The translations under genes and the position numbers were made by a program. From the NCBI GenBank assembly GCA_963666485.2, contig CAXXUO010000001.1, positions 1,350,654 to 1,414,653 on the forward strand: 64,000 nucleotides of DNA, in the 5' to 3' direction. Positions 41,246 through 48,767 of the stretch are shown here, in pieces. The notes beneath the pieces were generated by a model. That model worked only from the letters and a program-made list of their open reading frames with translations. It made no database searches and was not told the DNA's origin. The DNA is from Syntrophorhabdaceae bacterium (GTDB taxonomy: Bacteria; Desulfobacterota; Syntrophorhabdia; Syntrophorhabdales; Syntrophorhabdaceae). Position 1 is the first letter of the stretch. Every line of letters begins with the position of its first letter.

Positions 41246-41376
41246 GTTCGATTCCCATGCACTTCCGCCATTTATTTATCGCCAACGGTCTACGGCATCC
41301 TGATATTGCAGACCAGGAGGCCCACCAGGACCCCTCCTTGTACAGTTTGATCAAATTGTACAAGGATTGTGCATAG
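41246..41376 (+). repeat. junction unit 3: 25-bp selC 3' end, inverted 5' half (28-bp exact match) and degenerate boxes
   Basis: 41246-41270 matches the T-arm/acceptor end. 41310-41337 is the exact reverse complement of 36755-36782. Confidence 0.88.
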
Positions 41377-41664
41377 CGAAATCCCTGTTACGCGGTCGAC
41401 CCGACCGGGCCCTTCGGAGGCGTGGTCGGAACCTCGAGTAGCCTGAAGTCGCTATTGCCGAATCTCAGTCGATACGTAGCAGCACTTGCCTTGGTCGCTA
41501 TCTTCTGGACGAATTCCAGCCCCAAAATATCTCGATAAAATGTGAGGCTTGCCGAAAAAGCCGATCATCGCAAGCCCCACCAGAACCCCTTCACTGTCCA
41601 TTCCTAATTCAATTGTTAATTTTTGAAGAACGTCCCCGGATGCTCCACTGGGGGTAGCGTGATG

Positions 41665-41817
41665 TTATTCATCCCATAACAGGTAATGATCTTCATCATC
41701 CCAGCAGCATCCCCAACAGCCCTGGGCCGTGCAAAAACAACTGCCTTGGCAGGCGTTAGCGATACCAGCTGAGAATAATCCCACGAACAATACAAGAGCG
41801 AGCAGAAGTTTTTTCAT
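41665..41817 (-). CDS. 50-aa secreted Cys-rich peptide, absent from the ORF track
   Basis: RBS ggaggtg. MKKLLLALVLFVGLFSAGIANA-CQGSCFCTAQGCWGCCWDDEDHYLLWDE*. Confidence 0.7.
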   Translation of the reverse strand: MKKLLLALVLFVGLFSAGIANACQGSCFCTAQGCWGCCWDDEDHYLLWDE

Positions 41818-41951
41818 TGTCACCTCCGTAGATTAATTATCTCAAATATATCATTCACTATGTATCGTTCATTATTGTCATTTTGCATAGACAAAAGTGG
41901 ATAATGAGCTGTGGCGATATTTCCCCCAAAGGATATCAATAGACAACCCTG

Positions 41952-42011
41952 CAAAACCAGTGTGCCGGTGACGAGCTGGCGGGTGGGTTCGATTCCCATG
42001 CACTTCCGCCA
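41952..42011 (+). repeat. junction unit 4: 60-bp exact selC 3' half starting in the anticodon loop
   Basis: Identical to 36784-36843. Confidence 0.92.
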
Positions 42012-42265
42012 TTTCTTTGTGGGAGAGGGTTTGCACCGGATGGTTGTGTATCAGGTTTAACCGACCAGATGTTCTAATCCAATCAATTTTCGACCATATT
42101 TAGTGTTTTGGGGCTAAATTGGCGCTATCAAGTTTCCCAAAGCGTTGCCAGTAGAGTTATAAAAGATTGCCAAAACATTCCTAATACAATTGACAAGACA
42201 ATAACCTGAGAATAGAATTTCAGAAAATATTATGCATGGCAAGCGACCGTAAAGGAGAGAGATAA

Positions 42266-42328
42266 ATGTCTGTGCCCCATTTTCAATCTTTATTTAAGCC
42301 ACTGCTTGACATAGCTGCCGATGAATAG
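42266..42328 (+). pseudogene. remnant resembling the N-terminus of Mrr-type restriction endonucleases
   Basis: RBS aaggag. MSVPHFQSLFKPLLDIAADE* resembles the Mrr_N start (M.IPDFQ..M.PLL...ADG). Confidence 0.45.
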
Positions 42329-42383
42329 AATTCGAATTAAATCTCCAAGTATTTAAAAATGCCAGACAATCCAAGGGGGCTTT

Positions 42384-42783
42384 ATGTCAAACTATGGTGT
42401 CAGTGGCAAGGCAATATTGACGGGTTTTCTTTATACGGTTGCAATGTTCTTCCTCCTCGGCGTCCTCATGACAATGGTCGTACTAAAATGGTCGGAAATA
42501 GAACATGCATATATCTATTGGATTATTATAATTTTAATTCTGGTAAGCGCGGGATATATAACCGGGGTTATAGCTAAAAGGTCTGAAATAATTAATGCAG
42601 CCATTATGGGAATGTTATTGGCTTTCGGTTGGCTTGCAATTACTAATGCAAGGAACCAAATTGACTCTCGATATAACTATCCTTTTTAAACTGTTATCGG
42701 CAATTTTCTTTACTGTTGTGGGTGGCATCATACGAAAACATACAAAAAAATATGACCTACCCGGTGGTGATTTATCAAAATGA
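42384..42783 (+). CDS. small membrane protein, probably frameshifted near 42655
   Basis: Three TM helices in 42384-42689. A further hydrophobic helix (ITILFKLLSAIFFTVVGGII) follows in the adjacent frame. Confidence 0.45.
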
Positions 42784-42959
42784 GGTTACGGAATGGTTGA
42801 CCTGGATATCAAATCGGAAAAACATTTTTGATAACGCAGGTTCATATCATTTTCCCTTACTGGTGAGGTTTTATTTTCTGCTAATGTACTCCTTGAATAC
42901 ATGATACAAAACGGGTATCTTACGACTGTATGTCAAATTTTGTTTAACAGGAGGAAATT

Positions 42960-43406
42960 GTGAAAAAAGTTCTAATTGTTGTTTTCGCTTTAATGATATT
43001 AATGGCATTGGTCCCTATGCAGACGATGGCATTCGATCCGGCTGCCTTAGAGAAACTCAAAACTACGAATAAATGTGCAGGCTGTCAACTTGACGGCGCA
43101 AATCTAATGGGAGTAAATCTTTCTAATGCAAACCTGATGGGGGCGAACCTCGCTAGAGCAATCTTAATTAAGACAAATTTATCTAAAGCGTTTCTTTCAA
43201 CGGCTGACCTTACCGGAGCAGTATTGATGGATGCCAACCTCGAGGAAGCACTGATGGCCGGTACTAACCTGACCGGGGCATTCCTGAGCGGGGCAAACCT
43301 GAAAGGGGCCAAGGTCAACCTCATTCCGACCGACGCAAATTTTATTGGCGCAACATGGACAGACGGGCGAAAGTGCGGCCACGGGTCAATCGGCGCGTGC
43401 AAATAG
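42960..43406 (+). CDS. secreted pentapeptide repeat protein
   Basis: RBS aggagg, signal peptide, KCAGCQL then A(N/D)LxG repeats, and GATWTDG..C. Confidence 0.88.
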   Translation: MKKVLIVVFALMILMALVPMQTMAFDPAALEKLKTTNKCAGCQLDGANLMGVNLSNANLMGANLARAILIKTNLSKAFLSTADLTGAVLMDANLEEALMAGTNLTGAFLSGANLKGAKVNLIPTDANFIGATWTDGRKCGHGSIGACK

Positions 43407-43476
43407 TAAAGTGAGAACGCCCTCAATAATGTTGTAGGCTAAGCGCAATAGCTGTCTGTAGTAAAGGGAGAAGACA

Positions 43477-43908
43477 ATGATTACCGCTAAAAAGGTTGTT
43501 ATCGGCATCGCTCTATTTACATTTCTATTCACAGCGGGAGTATGTTTCGCAGATTCGACTATACCCAATCTGGTGGGTGCATGGACTGTAACGACCGAGG
43601 GCGGCGTCCTTCTAAAAGGCGGCTCTTACTCGTGGAAGACGCACCACAGCGGCGAGTTCAGCACCCTGACCGCCGAAGCAGTTGTGACCAAGCAGCAAGG
43701 GAGAGTCTTTCATGGGGTCTTTACGTCATTGAGGGCTACCGAGAAGTTCATCGGCGTCATCGGTCTTGACAATAAGAGCTTTTATTATGCCGATGAAGAT
43801 GGGTTCGTGGATGGCAAGATAATAGGTAAAAACAGAATAGAAGTTGTTTACCGTCATGTATCCACGTCAGATACCGTAGTAGGAGTGGGTACGTGGATAC
43901 GGAAGTAG
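43477..43908 (+). CDS. secreted beta-rich hypothetical protein (paralog of 46393-46827)
   Basis: Signal peptide, IPNLVGAW, VTKQQGRVFHGVF and YYADEDG. Confidence 0.75.
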   Translation: MITAKKVVIGIALFTFLFTAGVCFADSTIPNLVGAWTVTTEGGVLLKGGSYSWKTHHSGEFSTLTAEAVVTKQQGRVFHGVFTSLRATEKFIGVIGLDNKSFYYADEDGFVDGKIIGKNRIEVVYRHVSTSDTVVGVGTWIRK

Positions 43909-44113
43909 AAAATTAACAATGAATTCCGGGAACCCGGGAAAAATACAGTTTTTATTTCGATTCGGTGTGGATACTTATAAGGAAATGGTTCGATTAAATA
44001 CGCAGAACCACTAAAAAATATATACGACAAAGCAATTGAGCATTTAACTTCGAGGCCAGATCGTAACGAAGCGGAAATGAAGAATAGTACACGGTAGTAT
44101 CTTGAGGAGGCCC

Positions 44114-44404
44114 ATGAAAAAAACATTCGTCGCATTGTTCGCAGCGCTCATTGCCCTTACGTTTATCTGTCCTGCGCTGTCCGCTGATAATCCGGTTGAT
44201 AAATCTAAACAGGCACCCGCCAAGATTGATAAACCGAAGACAGATGTTAATAAGGAAAAAGCCCAATCGAAGGAAGTTAAAGCTACGACCGGGAACCCTG
44301 CATCCAAGAAGACAGATAAGGCATTAGGGTCCGGCGGGGGGATCGTTCCGCCGGGGCCAATACCACCGGGACCTGTAGGTAAGAGCACAAATAGCGGGAA
44401 GTAG
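44114..44404 (+). CDS. small secreted Lys/Pro-rich protein
   Basis: RBS gaggagg, signal peptide, low-complexity mature region. Confidence 0.6.
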   Translation: MKKTFVALFAALIALTFICPALSADNPVDKSKQAPAKIDKPKTDVNKEKAQSKEVKATTGNPASKKTDKALGSGGGIVPPGPIPPGPVGKSTNSGK

Positions 44405-44623
44405 AGCCTTCCCTTCAGGTATTACGGAGAAGTAGCGGACGGTACGCTGGAGCCCTCCGGGACAAAAGGTTGCGTTGTAGTGCCGAGAGTGCTTGGCGAC
44501 ACGCTAGTCGCTTTTTTTGCTTCCTCGCCTGTCGTGACGAGCCGGAAGGGCTTCATTCCCCAAGGCGCGACCTTGACGGAAATGTAATTCGCTGCTAATG
44601 TTCCTGATGACGGAAACTATTAT

Positions 44624-45364
44624 ATGCTGAATGCATTTTTATGGGGTGTATTGGCGACGTCCTCTTTGATCCTCGGAGGATTGATTGCTTCCCGATTTTC
44701 TTTGAGTAAACGGACCATCGGGATAATAATGGCTTTTGGTGCCGGGACGTTGCTTTCGGCTGTTTCCTATGAATTGATCTTTGAAGCAGTCAAACTTGCC
44801 AGGGGGACAGGGTTTCCCGCATTTGGTCTTTTTGCCGGAGCTCTCACGTTTTATTTCAGCGAGCGGCTGATTGTAAAATTGGGCGCCAGGAATCACATGA
44901 AAATTGAGGCATCCAAAGAGTCCGGCCTGGTAATCCCCATGGTACTGGCGATCATTCTCGATGGTGTGCCCGAATCTATCGTTATCGGATTGGGTATATT
45001 TGAAGCCGGTACAGTAAGTCCGGCCATGCTGGTTGCCGTTTTTATTTCAAATTTGCCGGAGGCCATTGCCGGAACAACCGGTATGAAGGCGGGTGGCTGG
45101 AGCAAGGCGAAAATAGTTTTTCTCTGGGTTATCATTGCAGTTATATGCGCATTTGCAACTCTGTGCGGTTACTCCCTGTTCAGCGGTGTATCCGAGCAAT
45201 GGCTGTCATTTATCCAGGCTTTTGCGGGAGGCGCTATTCTGATTATGCTTGCTAACTCAATGATACCGGAATCGTATGAACATGGAGGAAAACTCACGGG
45301 TATTTTCACGGTGCTTGGATTTTTTGTTTCAGTGTCGATAGTAATAGTGGAAAACATCAGATAA
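44624..45364 (+). CDS. ZIP family metal transporter
   Basis: MAFGAGTLLSAVSYEL, LDGVPES, SNLPEA and AFAGGAILIMLANSMIPE. Confidence 0.88.
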   Translation: MLNAFLWGVLATSSLILGGLIASRFSLSKRTIGIIMAFGAGTLLSAVSYELIFEAVKLARGTGFPAFGLFAGALTFYFSERLIVKLGARNHMKIEASKESGLVIPMVLAIILDGVPESIVIGLGIFEAGTVSPAMLVAVFISNLPEAIAGTTGMKAGGWSKAKIVFLWVIIAVICAFATLCGYSLFSGVSEQWLSFIQAFAGGAILIMLANSMIPESYEHGGKLTGIFTVLGFFVSVSIVIVENIR

Positions 45365-45391
45365 AACGGTCAGGGTCTTCCGGGATTTGAT

Positions 45392-45790
45392 TCAATTCAC
45401 ATCATCAATGGTCGGCAGCTTGTCCACTCCTATCCATTTGGCGGCCTCCGATAACGTCCGAAAAACTTGCGTATCAAGCGGTAGATCTATGAGTTCCCCA
45501 AAGGTGCTGAGCATTCTGCTAATCCCATATTCCAGGTCAGCCGGTGCAACTATTGCCGTTTTCCCTCCAACCCTGGTATACGCATGCGTACGGACAAGAT
45601 CAGCAATGGCTCTCAGGTCGTCAGATGTCAGCTGCCCCACTGACCCTGTTGAGAGATCCCATACCACATCTTTCGTTATGTGGCCTGCATAGGCATCCAG
45701 CACGGCATTCAGCAACTCATCGGCTGTGACAACGCCGACGATTTTTCGCATCGTCACTTCTCCTGAAATGACGGTTTTTATTTCGGCCAT
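45392..45790 (-). CDS. hypothetical protein (STAS/SpoIIAA-like)
   Basis: VVWDLS, KTAIVAPADLEYGISRM and QVFRTLSEAAKWI. Confidence 0.65.
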   Translation of the reverse strand: MAEIKTVISGEVTMRKIVGVVTADELLNAVLDAYAGHITKDVVWDLSTGSVGQLTSDDLRAIADLVRTHAYTRVGGKTAIVAPADLEYGISRMLSTFGELIDLPLDTQVFRTLSEAAKWIGVDKLPTIDDVN

Positions 45791-46029
45791 CTTATTGGTC
45801 CTCTAATACATAGACAGTATCATGTATCCAGCAATAGGTACGACAAGGGTTCAGTAACTAATTACCACTAAAACAGTCATGTTTCAAGACGAAGAGGTTA
45901 CGAATCCGAAAAGACGGATAAGGTATTAGGGGTCGGCGGGGGGATGGTATCGCTACCGCCACCACCTATCCGCGGGGGTGGCGGTAAGAACACAAATACT
46001 GTGAAGTAACCCTCAATTGGTGACTGGAG

Positions 46030-46296
46030 TTAATCTTTCGTATTGTCGACAATTTTCTGGGCATCTTCATGTTGTTTCTTCGAGATACCCGAGACTGTTT
46101 CGGTAGGGCTCGATTGTTTTCCAACCGGTTTTGCAACATCTTTCCGTGGTTTAACATCCGGTTTCTTTGCAGGGGAAGAAGGTTCTTTTTTGTAGCTGTT
46201 CTTGTTCTGACCGGTTGATGTATCAGCGGCAAACACGGTGCCTGCAAAAAGAACCGATATGATAGAGGCAATGATCAACATTCTGACCTGTCTCAT
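46030..46296 (-). CDS. small secreted Lys-rich protein
   Basis: Signal peptide ending VFA. C-terminus SGISKKQHEDAQKIVDNTKD. Confidence 0.55.
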   Translation of the reverse strand: MRQVRMLIIASIISVLFAGTVFAADTSTGQNKNSYKKEPSSPAKKPDVKPRKDVAKPVGKQSSPTETVSGISKKQHEDAQKIVDNTKD

Positions 46297-46392
46297 TCTT
46301 TCCCCTCTCGAGATCATGTTTCACGTCTTAAGCTGATTCTATAAAACCATCGGATAGACGTTCTTTTAAAACAATGTGCAGCCGGGTTTTTC

Positions 46393-46827
46393 TTATTTCT
46401 TTCTGGACCACGTTCCCACGGATAAAACGGAATCAACCGGGGTTGCGTGCCTGTAAATACCCTGGATCGTGTCGTTGTCAAGGATCTTCGCATCCATGTA
46501 GCCGTCCTGGTCGACCAGGGATATACTCTTGTTGTCAAAACCGATCGCGGCGACGAAGTTCTCGGTCATTTTTGGCGAGGTGAAAGTTCCCCACAAGAGC
46601 CTGCCATCCTGCTTTGTGATCACTACTTCGCCGCCTGACGCATTGACCTGCTGCGCGTAGTGGGTGTATTTGCCCGGGGCATCGCCTTTTAACATAAGGA
46701 CGGCCTGAGATTTTACCGTCCACGTTCCCACCAAATTGGGAATGGCAGAGTCGGCATAGCAAATGCCCGCCGTGAAGAAGAACGTCAACAGGATGATAGC
46801 TGCAACAGATTTTCTTGCCGTGGTCAT
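46393..46827 (-). CDS. secreted beta-rich hypothetical protein (paralog of 43477-43908)
   Basis: RBS aaggaggag. MTTARKSV...GICYADSAIPNLVGTW, ITKQDGR and VDQDG. Confidence 0.75.
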   Translation of the reverse strand: MTTARKSVAAIILLTFFFTAGICYADSAIPNLVGTWTVKSQAVLMLKGDAPGKYTHYAQQVNASGGEVVITKQDGRLLWGTFTSPKMTENFVAAIGFDNKSISLVDQDGYMDAKILDNDTIQGIYRHATPVDSVLSVGTWSRKK

Positions 46828-46974
46828 TGTCTCCTCCTTGAGAGATGAATCGATCCCGGAACGGGTAGCACGTTGCGCTGTTTTCGGCAAGGGACCGGGA
46901 AAGCCCTTCACCCTTTTATCCTTATCATTAAAAGGTGAACCTTGCAACAGGTATGAGACGTCAATCGATTTGCC

Positions 46975-46999
46975 TCTTCAAAACCGGTGTGCCGGTAAC
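46975..46999 (+). repeat. junction unit 5: degenerate selC anticodon/variable-arm fragment
   Basis: tcttcaaaaccggtgtgccggtaac matches 36780-36804 at 23 of 25 positions. Confidence 0.7.
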
Positions 47000-47284
47000 A
47001 TTTTGATACATATAGGAAGGCACAATTGAAGAATCACTGTATCCTTTTCCCTGCATGAAATGGAGTATTTTTCCTGCAACCTCCTTATCCTGTGTATTTT
47101 TCACGGAAATGTACGCGGGCTTACTTTCTCAATATTATTGAATATTGGGCTTGTACAGCGTTTTCCGCCCGTGGATCGGTAAACGGCACGATATGTGCTA
47201 ATCGTTTTATTGCCTAAAATAACTGCGAGCAGTACGACAGCCTGCACTCACCCGGCGAAAAATAACGCGTACTTCGAGAAGGAT

Positions 47285-48022
47285 ATGAAAGCCAAAAGGT
47301 TTGCTCTTGTTACAGCGATCTGTTTTTGTCTTATAACAGCCGAATGTGCCACTGTCCAGGGTTCCCCATCGATTAACCCTGCAAGCCCTGAAATCATTCA
47401 GATACAGCCCGGCCCACGGCGGGCAAACTTCAACGGCGAGATGCAATCAGGGGATGCCCGGAGCGTGGCGGACTGGGTTGTCGATTCGGGCGACAACGCT
47501 ACTTTGCCATTCATCATTGTCGATAAGATTAATGCGAAAGCCTTCGTATTTGGCGCCGACGGGAATCTTCGCGCCGCAACGCCTGTCCTCGTCGGTCTGA
47601 TGAAGGGCGATCGATCCATCCCGGGGGTCGGTGCCAAGAAATTGTCGGAGATCCGTCCCCGGGAGCGCATCACTCCTGCGGGCCGTTTTGTGACATTGCC
47701 GGGCCGCAATCTCAAAGGCAAGGACATTCTGTGGGTAGATTATGAAAACGCGCTGTCCGTGCACCGGGTAGAAAAGTCCCGCCAGAAATGGTTGAAGGCC
47801 CCGACACCACTCGACAAACGTGTTACCTTAGGTTGTATAGTGGTTCCGGTAAAATTTTTTGATGACATCATCGGTCCTATATTCACCGGCATTCAGGGTA
47901 TTATCTACGTCCTGCCGGAAGAACGGCCCAAAAATGAAATTTTCACCTCGTATTACGACGTTGAATCAGCTGTAAATATGCGGCCGGTTTCGGCAGGTAA
48001 CGATAACTTCCAGATACACTAG
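47285..48022 (+). CDS. L,D-transpeptidase-like (YkuD-related) exported protein
   Basis: PFIIVDK, ITPAGRF, WVDY...SVHRV and RVTLGCIVVP (His...Cys pair). Confidence 0.7.
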   Translation: MKAKRFALVTAICFCLITAECATVQGSPSINPASPEIIQIQPGPRRANFNGEMQSGDARSVADWVVDSGDNATLPFIIVDKINAKAFVFGADGNLRAATPVLVGLMKGDRSIPGVGAKKLSEIRPRERITPAGRFVTLPGRNLKGKDILWVDYENALSVHRVEKSRQKWLKAPTPLDKRVTLGCIVVPVKFFDDIIGPIFTGIQGIIYVLPEERPKNEIFTSYYDVESAVNMRPVSAGNDNFQIH

Positions 48023-48135
48023 TCGTTGCGCGATCGACCAATTATTGCCTGAAATCGCTGCCTGAGAGTCAACCAACCAGTTCTCTTGTAATTCCCAAAG
48101 AATGGAGAGATAATAAACATGACCACGTTACGAAT

Positions 48136-48309
48136 ATGAAAGGGCCAATATTATATATTGCAATAGCTGTCGGGGTTTTATTGGTTGGCTGGCTATTATG
48201 GTGGGCAGTGATCATTACCGGTGTGGTCCTTGGTTCAGTACGTCATAAAAAAGAGAAAGAAGAAGAGGAAGAACAGAAGAAAACCGGTGCGCCCGATTCT
48301 TCTCCCTGA
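48136..48309 (+). CDS. small membrane protein (57 aa), absent from the ORF track
   Basis: MKGPILYIAIAVGVLLVGWLLWWAVIITGVVLGSVRHKKEKEEEEEQKK... Confidence 0.5.
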   Translation: MKGPILYIAIAVGVLLVGWLLWWAVIITGVVLGSVRHKKEKEEEEEQKKTGAPDSSP

Positions 48310-48450
48310 TCTCCACAGTCTGTATTCCAATATCTGCCGCTGTTATGGCAACGCCATCTTCTCCTGATATAGCTGCTTGACATACCAATTATTTGTGCTA
48401 GTAACAACGTATAAGGTCTTTAATAACATAATAAGACTAAGGAGGTTACT

Positions 48451-48666
48451 ATGGCAGGGAGTGTTTATGTAGTCAACGAGGTTGTGGGCACCAGCGAAAA
48501 ATCATGGGAAGATGCGGCGAAGGTGGCCATCGAAACTGCCGGAAAGAGTGTCAAGGACCTTCGCATCGGTGAAGTGGTGAAACAGGATGTAACGGTTGAA
48601 AATGGGAAGGTGGTAGCCTACCGGGTAAGACTGAATATTTCGTTCAAGTACAAAGCAGGGAAGTAA
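48451..48666 (+). CDS. dodecin family protein
   Basis: EVVGTSEKSWEDAA and YRVRLNISFKY. RBS aaggagg. Confidence 0.9.
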   Translation: MAGSVYVVNEVVGTSEKSWEDAAKVAIETAGKSVKDLRIGEVVKQDVTVENGKVVAYRVRLNISFKYKAGK

Positions 48667-48720
48667 TCTCGTCCAGCCCATCCTTTTTGCGGTTCGATTA
48701 AATATTCTGATATTAAAATG

Positions 48721-48751
48721 AAAAAGGCAACCTTTAGCGGGTTGCCTTTTT
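48721..48751. terminator. bidirectional terminator
   Basis: aaaaaggcaacc-tttagcg-ggttgccttttt between convergent genes. Confidence 0.75.
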
Positions 48752-48767
48752 CAAGTTCAGAAGGTTC

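Larger units (their letters stand above)
36844..46999. mobile_element. array of integrase-less islets/cassettes stacked at the selC 3' end
   Basis: selC fragments recur at 39690-39737, 41246-41270, 41952-42011 and 46975-46999. The cargo is short hypothetical genes in visibly AT-richer DNA. Confidence 0.7.

Noticed and set aside
39690..42011. Additional functional tRNA genes
   Set aside because: The copies lack a sense 5' half, so no cloverleaf can form. They are treated as att-like repeats.
44534..44562. gtgacgagccggaagggcttcattcccca as a sixth selC fragment
   Set aside because: Only a 9-bp exact match plus a loose tail, which could be chance. An alignment score would be needed.
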